The notes below the pieces were generated by a model, which made no database searches, had not been told where the DNA came from, and was given only the letters and a program-made list of their open reading frames with translations. This document shows positions 1 through 9,325 of a stretch of 64,000 bases of DNA, one piece after another. The stretch comes from an uncultured Clostridia bacterium. Lineage in GTDB: Bacteria; Bacillota; Clostridia; Christensenellales; UBA1242. The stretch lies in assembly GCA_934746515.1 (NCBI GenBank), contig CAKVFH010000002.1:1576-65575 (forward strand), given 5' to 3'. A program made the position numbers and the translations under genes. The stretch's first letter is position 1, and each line of letters starts with the position of its first letter.

Positions 1-119
1 ATTATACCAACATAATAAACAATTATTAAAAATAAGCAATAAAATTAAATGTAATTTAAAATAGAATTGCAACAAAGAAAAGATTGTGATAAAATTATAA
101 AAAACAAAAGAAGAAGACC

Positions 120-677
120 ATGAAAAATTTTAAAGCAATAATTTTGATAATCATTTCAATTATTTTAACTCCCCTTGCATCTGCTTGCTCAAAAAATGAC
201 AGTGGCATTGATGATTCTTATGGTGATTTTGTTGGTGTTGCTTTTTATCAAAAGACCAGCGACAATCATTACGAGCGATATAGAAAATCACCAGCCCAAG
301 CAAACAATTTAATTGTCACCAAAGACAACAAAATTTCATACACAGAAAAAACTGAATCATTATTTTATATTTATAGTACAGATAAAATTACATCAAGCAC
401 AAACTCTGAAAATTTAATAACAAATACAATAAGTGAAAACTTTAAAATAGAAAGTCAAAAAATTTATTTCAACCTTGAAAGAATTAGTGAAAATACAAAC
501 ATCTTAATTTATTACATTTACAAAACATCTGATTCAACATACATGCTTTTGTTTCAAAAAGAAGTATCTGGAATTGAAAATGAAGAAACAACAATTGAAC
601 TTACAATTAAATCTGATGAGTTTAATCAAGTTGTTTTAACTTTAAGCACCAATTTAGCAAGCAGAGAAAAATACTAG
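120..677 (+). CDS. putative lipoprotein, unknown function
   Basis: 185-aa ORF with an ATG start. The N-terminus MKNFKAIILIIISIILTPLASAC has a charged head, a hydrophobic core and a lipobox-like LASAC (Cys22). The mature part is S/T/N/E-rich with no catalytic motif I recognise. Confidence 0.55.
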   Translation: MKNFKAIILIIISIILTPLASACSKNDSGIDDSYGDFVGVAFYQKTSDNHYERYRKSPAQANNLIVTKDNKISYTEKTESLFYIYSTDKITSSTNSENLITNTISENFKIESQKIYFNLERISENTNILIYYIYKTSDSTYMLLFQKEVSGIENEETTIELTIKSDEFNQVVLTLSTNLASREKY

Positions 678-694
678 GTTATTGCCTAGTATTT

Positions 695-1969
695 TTATTT
701 TTCACCATTCACAAAAACAGAATCAATTGAGCCTGCGGAAGTAAAATTTTCGCTAAAAAAATCTGAATTTAAAATCATAAATGAAGCTTGTTTTTGTGTT
801 TCAATCGACCCTTTTGTTTCTTGATCAAAACAAACATAAGAAGGATTTATAAAAATCAATTTCTGCAATAATTTTAAATATTTTAACCTAAAATCATTAT
901 TTTTCAGCATTTTTGAATATAATTTGCGCTTTTTATTTTTCAAATCAATTATAGCCGAATCTAAATTTTGAATATCATAAGACCTGTTTATGCAGAAAAA
1001 TCTAATATCACTTTTAATTAAATCTTTGTAGTTATGAAAATATTTTTGCCTAAAAATTCCAATATATTTTTTAATATATGAGTTCGTTCTCAAGTCATAG
1101 TTTTCAAACAAAAGTGTAACATCAAAATGTTTTAATTTTGAATAAATATTTTTTCTAACAATACTTGCACCAAAAAATATTGGTCTAAAAAATGATGTAA
1201 CTTTATCTTTATTTTCAATCTCTTCAAAAACAGTCAAAACTTCTTCAATCGCCTTGTCACCATTCACATCAAACAAAACTTGTTTCTTTTCATCAAGCGC
1301 TGTTTTTATCAAAAAGTTTAATTGCTCACCATAAAATTCACTTGATCCATAATGTGATTTCGTTCCAGTATATGATTTTTTTAACCATGCTTTGAGCTCA
1401 TGAACCTTGCCGTCAATCCTTAAATAATACCCGCCAAGTCTGAAATGATTTCTATATTTTCGATATGTAACACAATTGTCATCCATAACTTGTTTAGAAT
1501 GAACCAAATCAACATACGCCAAAACATCAATTTTTAAAAGTTTATCTTCAGACATTTTTTTCCAAAAAGCAAATTCTCTTTTATCAATTTTTGTTTCAAT
1601 TATGGTTGTTATACCATTTCTAACATACTCTTTTTCAAGCTCAAGATATTCATTTTTGTAAATTTCAAAATCTTGAAAATTATCATAATTTTCACCAATT
1701 TCGCTTGAATTTTGGAATTTTTTATCATGATTTGCGTTTTTTATTTTATTATCAATTTTATCAAAAACATTAGCATTAAAATCAAAAAGCGTCGGATAAA
1801 CAAACTTACCATTCAAGTCATTTGTTTTGGTATCTTTATTTTTTAATTCCAAAACTTCATCATTTCCACCAACAAAAACAACACTGCCATCGTTAACAAG
1901 CATTGCTTCACACATTTCATTATTTTCATTGTTAGTCACAATATTTCCGTTATAAAAAATCTCTTGCAT
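695..1969 (-). CDS. amidohydrolase-fold protein (YtcJ/Amidohydro_3-like) with the HxH metal motif apparently lost
   Basis: 424-aa ORF; the ATG is preceded by AAGGTGGAG. The N-terminal pattern IFYNGNIVT..AMLVNDGSVVFVG..DLNGKFVYP and the C-terminal ASFMILNSDFF..VFVNGEK are typical of the family. The position of the PGFxDxHxH motif reads PTLFDFNAN. Confidence 0.5.
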   Translation of the reverse strand: MQEIFYNGNIVTNNENNEMCEAMLVNDGSVVFVGGNDEVLELKNKDTKTNDLNGKFVYPTLFDFNANVFDKIDNKIKNANHDKKFQNSSEIGENYDNFQDFEIYKNEYLELEKEYVRNGITTIIETKIDKREFAFWKKMSEDKLLKIDVLAYVDLVHSKQVMDDNCVTYRKYRNHFRLGGYYLRIDGKVHELKAWLKKSYTGTKSHYGSSEFYGEQLNFLIKTALDEKKQVLFDVNGDKAIEEVLTVFEEIENKDKVTSFFRPIFFGASIVRKNIYSKLKHFDVTLLFENYDLRTNSYIKKYIGIFRQKYFHNYKDLIKSDIRFFCINRSYDIQNLDSAIIDLKNKKRKLYSKMLKNNDFRLKYLKLLQKLIFINPSYVCFDQETKGSIETQKQASFMILNSDFFSENFTSAGSIDSVFVNGEK

Positions 1970-1978
1970 GACTCCACC

Positions 1979-2485
1979 TTATTTAATTTCAAAATATACT
2001 CTTGAACAATTAGCCAGTCTGTAGTAATTTATTTCATCATCTGCGCAATGATTAAAATATTCTTCAATTGCATAAAATGTGCAACTGTGCGCAACCAAAA
2101 TTACATTCTCGTTTTTATCTTTATGACTGGCAATAAATTTGTCAAAAATTTCAAAATTTCTCTTCAAAAAATCTGCACACCCTTCTGGATTTTTATGCGA
2201 AAATGATTTATTCAAATAATTGTCATACCATAGTTGTTCATCTGCATTTTCAGGATCATGACCCAAAAGTTCCCTATCCTTTAACTTATCCAAATATTCA
2301 ATATCAAGTCCCAGTTTCTTTTTATAATACTCTGCAGTTTCTTTGCATCTATTTGTTGTTGAGCAATAAATTTTAGAGAACTGATAATCTTCATTTTGCT
2401 GAATCATAAGTTCACATTGTTTTTTGCCCAGTTCAGTAAGCTCATCATTTTTTGCTTCACCATGTCTAACAAACATTATAATCAT
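1979..2485 (-). CDS. histidine phosphatase (phosphoglycerate-mutase-like) family protein
   Basis: RHG motif at the N-terminus (MIIMFVRHGEA) and a second catalytic His region (ILVAHSCTF). I moved the start to the ATG at 2485, just downstream of AGGTGA; the ORF-track extension to 2542 has no SD. Confidence 0.75.
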   Translation of the reverse strand: MIIMFVRHGEAKNDELTELGKKQCELMIQQNEDYQFSKIYCSTTNRCKETAEYYKKKLGLDIEYLDKLKDRELLGHDPENADEQLWYDNYLNKSFSHKNPEGCADFLKRNFEIFDKFIASHKDKNENVILVAHSCTFYAIEEYFNHCADDEINYYRLANCSRVYFEIK

Positions 2486-2600
2486 AATATCACCTGATTT
2501 TATTTTAATAGTATTTTTATTTATTGTCAAACCATACATCAATTTTAAACTTAATACATATTTTATTTAGTTTTTCGCAAACTAACATTAGGGTGAATTT

Positions 2601-3734
2601 ATGATAAATTATTTTAGATCGTGGTCTCCATTCAAAAAGAGATACATACCAATTATTATTTCCGTTTCGGTACTTTATTTAATATCAATTATTTTAATTT
2701 TTACAATGCCAGCAATCTCCCACGATATGCTAACAAACAAAAACAAAACATCAAAAAGTGGTTGGCCTATTAGACTTTCAGCACCTTATATAGACATGTC
2801 TTCATGGGTCGACACAGCAAATGCTTACTCAATCAACGGCGCACCAAACCTAGCAAAACTCTATGATGATTCTGGATTTGCTTATTACAATCTTGGCTTT
2901 ATTCAACCAGATTCAACAAAACCACTTGAAGATGATGGAACAATTCGTTGGGGCTGGGGCGGATATTATTCGTTAAGTAAAAATGGAACAGACACATATC
3001 AATATCAAGGAATCGTCACTTCCCTTCAAAACTTAAGAAAGAAAGGTGGCGACTACGCAATTTCCATAGGCGGACAACTTGGTGATGCTCCATGGGTTGT
3101 AACACAAAACCAAAATGCACTTGAAAAATTCTATATCGATGTAATTGACACTTACGATTTAAAACGCATGGATTTAGATATTGAAGAATCAAACCAAGAC
3201 TATGGTCAAAACATTGCAAATGCAAAAGCAATCAAGGCTGTTCAAGATAAAACCAATATCGAAATCACTTTAACAATTCCAATTATGCCTAGCGGTTGGG
3301 AAACAAAACAAATCAATATTATCAAGGCATATCTTGAAAACGGCGTAAGCGTGAAACTTATCAACTCAATGACGATGTGTTATGGAACTGGCGTAAACAG
3401 CGATGAAGACTATGGCACAGCATCAGTTCGAGCAATTAAAAATTCTGTTAAACAATTAAAAAATATTTATTCAAATCTTGGCATTTTGCTTTCTGACGAT
3501 CAAGCATATTTAAAAACAGGTGCAACTTTCTCAATTGGTTATGAAAGCAATCTCTATCCTGTTTTCACAACTTCAATGGCAGCAACTATCATTGAAGATG
3601 CGAAAAAACATAATTATGGTTTAGTTTCATTCTGGTCTATGGGCAGAGATGCTCAACTTGAAACAAACAAGGCAATTTCCGAAAAGTTTACATTTTCAAA
3701 AGAACTCAAAAAATATGAAAATATCTACGAATAA
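2601..3734 (+). CDS. membrane-anchored glycoside hydrolase family 18 (hevamine/class III chitinase-like)
   Basis: 377 aa; the ATG follows AGGGTGA. It has an N-terminal TM helix (IPIIISVSVLYLISIILIF), an ISIGG strand motif and the GH18 catalytic DxDxE motif (MDLDIEES). Confidence 0.7.
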   Translation: MINYFRSWSPFKKRYIPIIISVSVLYLISIILIFTMPAISHDMLTNKNKTSKSGWPIRLSAPYIDMSSWVDTANAYSINGAPNLAKLYDDSGFAYYNLGFIQPDSTKPLEDDGTIRWGWGGYYSLSKNGTDTYQYQGIVTSLQNLRKKGGDYAISIGGQLGDAPWVVTQNQNALEKFYIDVIDTYDLKRMDLDIEESNQDYGQNIANAKAIKAVQDKTNIEITLTIPIMPSGWETKQINIIKAYLENGVSVKLINSMTMCYGTGVNSDEDYGTASVRAIKNSVKQLKNIYSNLGILLSDDQAYLKTGATFSIGYESNLYPVFTTSMAATIIEDAKKHNYGLVSFWSMGRDAQLETNKAISEKFTFSKELKKYENIYE

Positions 3735-3793
3735 AGATTTTGCTTGACAACAGCAAAAAAAACAAACATAATTAAAACACAAAGGAGAAACTT

Positions 3794-4615
3794 ATGATAA
3801 ATTTACTATACTGCGGAAATGATAAAGTTTTTGATGGTTTGATGATTTCACTTTTATCAGCATCTAAACACACTTCCGATGCAATTAGAACATATATTTT
3901 AACAATGGATTTAAGCGATGTTGATGAAAAATATCAACCTATCACAGAAAAACATAGAAAGTTTTTGGAAGATATGGTCAAGGAACAAAACAGCGAAAGC
4001 ACAGTTACTTTGATTGATATCACAGATATTTACAAATCAAGCATGCTTAATTCTAAAAATTTGAAAAATCATTTCACACCTTATGCGCAACTTCGTCTTT
4101 TTGCTGACATGATTCCTGAAATTCCATACAAAATCATTTATCTTGACACAGACACAATTTGTAATGGTGATTTGAAAGAACTTTTCAAAATTGATATTAC
4201 AGACTATGAGCTTGCTTGTGTTGACGACCTTTACAACTGGCTCAATCCATATAGATGGAAAGTTAAACACTATTTCAATTCAGGCGTGCTTTTATTGAAC
4301 ATGAAAGCAATCAGAAAAACAAAACTTTTCAAAAAATCAAGAGAAATGGTTGCCACAAAAAAGATGTTCTCGCCTGATCAAGATGCATTGAACTTTTTGG
4401 TTGAAAAGAAGCTTGTGCTTCCAAACAAATTTAACGCTAAAGACAAATACTATAAAGAAATCGTTGTTCACCACTTCTGCAATGTTAGAAAAAAACATCA
4501 TTTCTTCTTCAGAGTTAAACCATGGATGGTTGACTTGGTAAAAGAAAAAATGGATGCATACAATGATCTACTTGACGAATTTGTTGAAAGAAAAAAGAAA
4601 TTTGAAGAACAATAA
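3794..4615 (+). CDS. glycosyltransferase family 8
   Basis: 273 aa; the ATG follows AAAGGAG. It carries the GT8 signatures YLDTDT (DxD), NSGVLLLN and PDQDALN. Confidence 0.75.
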   Translation: MINLLYCGNDKVFDGLMISLLSASKHTSDAIRTYILTMDLSDVDEKYQPITEKHRKFLEDMVKEQNSESTVTLIDITDIYKSSMLNSKNLKNHFTPYAQLRLFADMIPEIPYKIIYLDTDTICNGDLKELFKIDITDYELACVDDLYNWLNPYRWKVKHYFNSGVLLLNMKAIRKTKLFKKSREMVATKKMFSPDQDALNFLVEKKLVLPNKFNAKDKYYKEIVVHHFCNVRKKHHFFFRVKPWMVDLVKEKMDAYNDLLDEFVERKKKFEEQ

Positions 4616-4619
4616 CAAC

Positions 4620-4650
4620 AAAAAAGAACTGAAATTTTCAGTTCTTTTTT
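4620..4650. terminator. bidirectional intrinsic terminator between the convergent GT8 gene and spoIVA
   Basis: Near-perfect palindrome AAAAAGAACTGAAA/TTTCAGTTCTTTTTTT with an A-run on one side and a T-run on the other. Confidence 0.75.
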
Positions 4651-4688
4651 TATTGAAGATAATATTCGGGATTTGTGCAGAAAAAATA

Positions 4689-6167
4689 TTAAAGCAAAAT
4701 ACAGATAATTCCACCCTTTCTCTCATTAACAATTTTTGTGAGAGTTTTACGCATTTTTGTTTGAACATCAACAGGAAGTCCAGCAATCTTTGAGTCGATA
4801 GATTCTTTAACAAGTTCATTCATTGGTTTGCCAAACATATTCTTGTTCCAAATTTCTTGTTTGTTTGATTCAAACTCATTCATCATGTATGTTACAAGTG
4901 AACCACCTTGTTCACCACTTCCAACAGCTGGACAAATTTCAGACTCAACATCAACTTTAATAATGTGCAAGCTTGATGCTTTTGCTTTAAGTTTCAAACT
5001 TGAATTGCCACCTTTTGTAACAATCTCTGGTTCCATCAACTCAAGATCATCAATTGTTGGACTAACAACACCATAACCAGTCTCTTTAACATTTTGAAGT
5101 GCAAGCTTAATTTTATCATATTCTTTTTTAGCAGAAACAAGCTCTTTCAAATAAGCCATTAAGTGGAAATCATCTTGAATTTCAATGCCACAAGCAGAAC
5201 TTAATGTTTTGTAATAAAGCTCACCACTTACAGGAATGTCAAAAGTAATTGTCCCGTTTGAAAGATTCATATCACTTAACACTGGCGCTTTGAAATCATC
5301 ATTTTCATCAAACATGTCAAACATTGATTGATATTCGCTAATTTTTGAGATATTTTGCGTTTTTTCTTTAATGTTATTCATGAGCTTAACAATAAGTTCA
5401 TCAGTGTAAGGAAGTGCGCGAACCCATTTTGGAAGATTGAATCTGATTTCACCAATTGGAAATTCCATTAAAACATTTCTAATAATTTCATTGATTTGTT
5501 CACCTGAAAGTTTTGCAATATCATAGTTTAGCACTGGTGAATTATATTTTTCTTGAAGACTTCTAGCAAGTTCTAAATTTTGTTCGCTTGTTGGATTTGT
5601 TGAGTTAAGCACAATAACAAATGGTTTATTTGCCGCCTTAAGTTCACTAACTATTCTCTCTTCTGCCTTAACATAAGATTCTCTTGGAATGTTTGTGATA
5701 CTTCCATCTGTTGTCACCAAAACAGCGATTGTTGAATGTTCTGTGATAACCTTTTTAGTGCCAATTTCTGCAGCTTGTTCGAAAGGCATTTCTTCTTCAC
5801 TCCATGGTGTTTTAACAAGTCTTGGCTCACCGTCATCCGTGAATCCACCCGCACCATCAATAGCATATCCAACACAGTCAATCAAGCGAACTCTCGCCTT
5901 TGCGCCTTCACCAAACTTTACTTCAACCGCTTCGTTTGGAATAAATTTTGGTTGCATAGTCATGATAGTTTTGCCAGAACCTGATTGTGGCATTTCGTCA
6001 ATTGTTCTGATTTTTTCATTTTCATTTGTAATATTATCCAAAATACCAGATTGCATGAATTTTGTTATAAATGTTGATTTGCCGGTTCTAACTGGTCCAA
6101 CCACACCTATATAAATATCACCATTGGTTCTTTTGGCAATGTCGTTATAAATTTCAAAATCTTTCAT
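4689..6167 (-). CDS. spoIVA: stage IV sporulation protein A (spore coat morphogenetic ATPase)
   Basis: The N-terminus MKDFEIYNDIAKRTNGDIYIGVVGPVRTGKSTFI contains Walker A, and the protein is colinear in length (492 aa) with Bacillus SpoIVA. The C-terminus reads ..NERKGGIICILL. I set the start at the ATG at 6167 behind AGGAGA; the ORF-track start at 6212 is TTG. Confidence 0.92.
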   Translation of the reverse strand: MKDFEIYNDIAKRTNGDIYIGVVGPVRTGKSTFITKFMQSGILDNITNENEKIRTIDEMPQSGSGKTIMTMQPKFIPNEAVEVKFGEGAKARVRLIDCVGYAIDGAGGFTDDGEPRLVKTPWSEEEMPFEQAAEIGTKKVITEHSTIAVLVTTDGSITNIPRESYVKAEERIVSELKAANKPFVIVLNSTNPTSEQNLELARSLQEKYNSPVLNYDIAKLSGEQINEIIRNVLMEFPIGEIRFNLPKWVRALPYTDELIVKLMNNIKEKTQNISKISEYQSMFDMFDENDDFKAPVLSDMNLSNGTITFDIPVSGELYYKTLSSACGIEIQDDFHLMAYLKELVSAKKEYDKIKLALQNVKETGYGVVSPTIDDLELMEPEIVTKGGNSSLKLKAKASSLHIIKVDVESEICPAVGSGEQGGSLVTYMMNEFESNKQEIWNKNMFGKPMNELVKESIDSKIAGLPVDVQTKMRKTLTKIVNERKGGIICILL

Positions 6168-6189
6168 ATAAATTCTTTCTCCTACCAAA

Positions 6190-6218
6190 TTTATATGAGC
6201 CTTATATCTCAAATATTC
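6190..6218 (-). promoter_or_regulatory. sigma-E-type (mother-cell) promoter candidate for spoIVA
   Basis: The minus strand reads GAATATT-N14-CATATAAA. The consensus is kmATATT-N14-CATACAhT, so -35 matches 7/7 and -10 matches 6/8. The element ends about 22 nt upstream of the ATG. Confidence 0.45.
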
Positions 6219-6310
6219 AAAAATTTTAAATATGTTTTTTATTTTTAGCTCAAAAATCAGCCATCTTTTTAATCATCTGTCTACACAAAAAAATTGAGTT
6301 TTTCGCTCGC

Positions 6311-6347
6311 ATAAAAAAATACTGATTAAAAATAATCAGTACTTTTT
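6311..6347. terminator. intrinsic terminator after the der-plsY-SHOCT operon
   Basis: The stem TACTGATT/AATCAGTA (8 bp, 6-nt loop) is flanked by A7 and T5 runs and lies 28 nt downstream of the stop at 6375. Confidence 0.7.
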
Positions 6348-6374
6348 ATCATTTTATTTTAAAGTTTAAAGCTT

Positions 6375-6890
6375 TTATTTTTTATCTTCATCACCAAACA
6401 TTTGGTTTTTTGCCATTTCAAATTCTTCTTCAGTTATAATATTCTTATCTCTAAAATTGCGAAGCTTCTCAAGTTTTTCTAATTTTTCGGCGATTGTTTC
6501 AGCAACTGTTTCACTTTCTTGATTAGAATTTTCTTGAGTCATTTTAGATTGATTTGATTCTGAACTATCTTGGACACTATCAGATTTTACATTTACTTCT
6601 GATTCGCTATTTTGAATTTTTACATTATTGCCATACACCGATAAATAAGCAATTATTGAAAGAAGCCCAAATGGAAAGCATGCAATTGATGCAAAAGTAG
6701 TGTAAGCTTTCATAACTTTTTTATCAACTGAATAGTTATCCATCAAGTGATCAGCTTTATAAGAAAACTTCTTTCCAGCAATAAAACAATAAATTCCAAT
6801 CGGAATAAACACAAGTGAAAAAATATAAATTGCCCCATAGATAAAGCAAAACACCGAAGTAATGTTTAACAATACTTTATTCTTCTTCAT
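6375..6890 (-). CDS. membrane protein with C-terminal SHOCT-like domain
   Basis: 171 aa. It has three hydrophobic helices, an S/E/Q-rich linker and a C-terminal KLEKLRNFRDKNIITEEEFEMAKNQMF, which matches the SHOCT pattern. The ATG lies 2 nt after the plsY stop, behind AAGGGG. Confidence 0.6.
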   Translation of the reverse strand: MKKNKVLLNITSVFCFIYGAIYIFSLVFIPIGIYCFIAGKKFSYKADHLMDNYSVDKKVMKAYTTFASIACFPFGLLSIIAYLSVYGNNVKIQNSESEVNVKSDSVQDSSESNQSKMTQENSNQESETVAETIAEKLEKLEKLRNFRDKNIITEEEFEMAKNQMFGDEDKK

Positions 6891-6892
6891 AA

Positions 6893-7552
6893 TTACCCCT
6901 TCACGCTTGTTGATTTTAATTTCTTTTTTGTCTTTTTTATAATGCTCGCCTTATTTTCTTTTCCAAGAAGCAACCTTTCAATGTTCTTTCTATGTGCATA
7001 CCAAGTGCACAAGAACAAACCAAACAAAATCAAGCAAACAATTTTTCTGTCGGTTTCTGGCAAATTTGTTTTTGCTCTGATTCCTTCAATAATTGTTAGC
7101 GAAGTCATAAGCAAAAAGCTTACAACCGAGCCATATTCAAAAATCATCCAGATTATTGCACCAATAACCAAACAAATTAAAGTTGCAACTGGGTTTGCTG
7201 CAAGAAACATTCCCATTGTGCTTGAAACACCCTTGCCACCTTTAAACCCATAAACAACTGGAAACATGTGTCCCAAAATGCTTGAGATTCCAGCAATATA
7301 GAGCATCACATAGCTATGATTAAAAATATAAAAACTTGCAAGTGCTGGCGCAAACGACTTCAGCATATCCAAAAGCAAGTTTAATGCACCAAACTTAAAT
7401 CCATAATTTCGCAGAGTGTTGGTCATGCCCGGATTTCCGCTGCCAAGTTTTGTTATGTCTTGATGTTTACTTTTTGAAATTATGCGCGCAAATGAAATGT
7501 TACCACAAAGGTACGAGATTAAAATAACCAATAAAACTTGCCACCAAACCAT
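6893..7552 (-). CDS. plsY: glycerol-3-phosphate acyltransferase PlsY
   Basis: 219-aa polytopic protein with the PlsY motifs GSGNPGMTN and FKGGKGVS. Confidence 0.9.
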   Translation of the reverse strand: MVWWQVLLVILISYLCGNISFARIISKSKHQDITKLGSGNPGMTNTLRNYGFKFGALNLLLDMLKSFAPALASFYIFNHSYVMLYIAGISSILGHMFPVVYGFKGGKGVSSTMGMFLAANPVATLICLVIGAIIWMIFEYGSVVSFLLMTSLTIIEGIRAKTNLPETDRKIVCLILFGLFLCTWYAHRKNIERLLLGKENKASIIKKTKKKLKSTSVKG

Positions 7553-7562
7553 ATTTGCCCCC

Positions 7563-8888
7563 TTATAAATCTTCTTCTTTTTTGCACTTTAATGTGATTC
7601 TGATTGGCGTGCCTTCAAAATTGAACGCTTTTCTAATGTTATTTTCAAGATATCTTAAATAATTGTTTTCCATTAAATTGATATCATTAACAAAAAGAAC
7701 AAATGTTGGTGGAACAACACCACTTTGTGTCGCATAAAAAACACGAAGTTTTTTGCCTTTTTTGTATGCAGGAGTGTTTAACAAATATGCGTCTTGCAAA
7801 ACATCATTAAGATCACCGGATGTGACAGTTCTGTGTGCATTTACCAAAACACTGTTTATTGCAGGCATAAGTTTTTCAGTTCTTTTGCCAGTGAGCGCTG
7901 ACAAATAAACTGACTTAAAATAAGACATAAATGCAAGTTCTTTTGAAAGTTTTTCTTCAAACTTATGCATTGTGTTTGTGTCTTTTTCAACCAAATCCCA
8001 TTTATTTAACACGATTAGTGATGGCTTATTTTCTTCATTTATAAAGCTTGCAATCTTCAAATCTTGATCTGAAATTTCAGTTGTAACATCAATAACAAGC
8101 AACACAATGTCTGCATTTCTAATTGAATCAAGCGAACGAATTATTGAATATCTTTCAACGGTGTTATCTTCAATCTTGCTTTTTCTGCGCATTCCTGCAG
8201 TGTCAATCAATGAATATTTTTTGCCATTATATTTAAAAGGAATATTAACTGAATCACGAGTTGTTCCGGCAATGCTTGAAACAATAACTCTTTCTTCACC
8301 AACAAGTCTATTGATTAAACTAGACTTTCCAGCGTTTGGCTTTCCAACAATTGCAATTTTAACAACATCATCTTCTTCGGTTTTATTTGTATCTTTTGGG
8401 AAATATGTGACAACTTTATCCAAAAGGTCACCGACACCTTTTCCATGCAAACTTGAAATCAAGATTGGTTCACCAAGCCCAAGTTCATAGTATTCATATA
8501 CTAAATTCTCGTCATAATTATCAATTTTATTAACAGCGAGAACAATTTTCTTTTTAGATTTTCTCAACACTTCAACAACATCTCTGTCGCTGCTTGTGAG
8601 ACCAGTTTTTCCATCAACCACAAAAATTATAACATCTGCAGTGTCAATTGCAACTTTAGCCTGCTTCACAATATTAACAGAAATTTCGTCTTGGTTTTCA
8701 AAATCCAAACCACCAGTGTCAACCAAAATAAAATTATTATCAAGCCAATTTGCACGATAAAAAATCCTGTCACGCGTAACGCCAGGCTCATCATTAACAA
8801 TAGAAATTCGTTTTCCGACAATGCGATTAAACAAAGTTGACTTTCCAACATTAGGCCTACCAACAATCGCAACAAGTGGTTCTCTCAT
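7563..8888 (-). CDS. der: ribosome-biogenesis GTPase Der (EngA)
   Basis: Two tandem GTPase domains (GRPNVGKS..DTGG..NKID and GKPNAGKS..DTAG..NKWD) plus a C-terminal KH-like domain. The ATG follows AAGGAG. Confidence 0.95.
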   Translation of the reverse strand: MREPLVAIVGRPNVGKSTLFNRIVGKRISIVNDEPGVTRDRIFYRANWLDNNFILVDTGGLDFENQDEISVNIVKQAKVAIDTADVIIFVVDGKTGLTSSDRDVVEVLRKSKKKIVLAVNKIDNYDENLVYEYYELGLGEPILISSLHGKGVGDLLDKVVTYFPKDTNKTEEDDVVKIAIVGKPNAGKSSLINRLVGEERVIVSSIAGTTRDSVNIPFKYNGKKYSLIDTAGMRRKSKIEDNTVERYSIIRSLDSIRNADIVLLVIDVTTEISDQDLKIASFINEENKPSLIVLNKWDLVEKDTNTMHKFEEKLSKELAFMSYFKSVYLSALTGKRTEKLMPAINSVLVNAHRTVTSGDLNDVLQDAYLLNTPAYKKGKKLRVFYATQSGVVPPTFVLFVNDINLMENNYLRYLENNIRKAFNFEGTPIRITLKCKKEEDL

Positions 8889-9013
8889 ATAAACTCCTTA
8901 ATAACAAGTGTATTATACTAAAAATATTGAAATTAAGCAATATATTTTTAGTTTAAAATTTTATAAATAATCTCTGACAGCTATTTGCAATTTTAAAACA
9001 TCAAAACAAAAAT

Positions 9014-9054
9014 AAGGAGCAATGCAAATTAAAAGCAATGTTCCTTATTTTTTA
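9014..9054. terminator. intrinsic terminator hairpin in the spoIIP-der gap
   Basis: AAGGAGCAATGC-N9-GCAATGTTCCTT forms 12 positions with one mismatch and one G-T. T-rich runs follow on both strands. Confidence 0.5.
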
Positions 9055-9325
9055 TTATTTTCCAGAATAACTAACCAGATATGGCTAATATTTAATAAAT
9101 TCACATTAGTTTAATAGAACCAAATATTTTTGATTTAGCATTTAGCGACTATGCGATTTTTTATAGCCGCGCTTTGCACCACACAGTGAAAACTTAACAA
9201 TTTTTAAACAAGACAAATATCTAAAATTCTATTCATGCTCTTGCGTCAGCCTATTAAATACATGCCACACTCATGCGTAGTTTTTAATTCAACTTATGCT
9301 TTTGCGCAAGCTGTAATTTTTATTA

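Noticed and set aside
4554-4819. ORFs 4554-4793 (+) and 4568-4819 (-) spanning the GT8/spoIVA junction.
   Set aside because: They run straight through the bidirectional terminator palindrome and overlap the ends of two well-supported genes. Their translations are low complexity.
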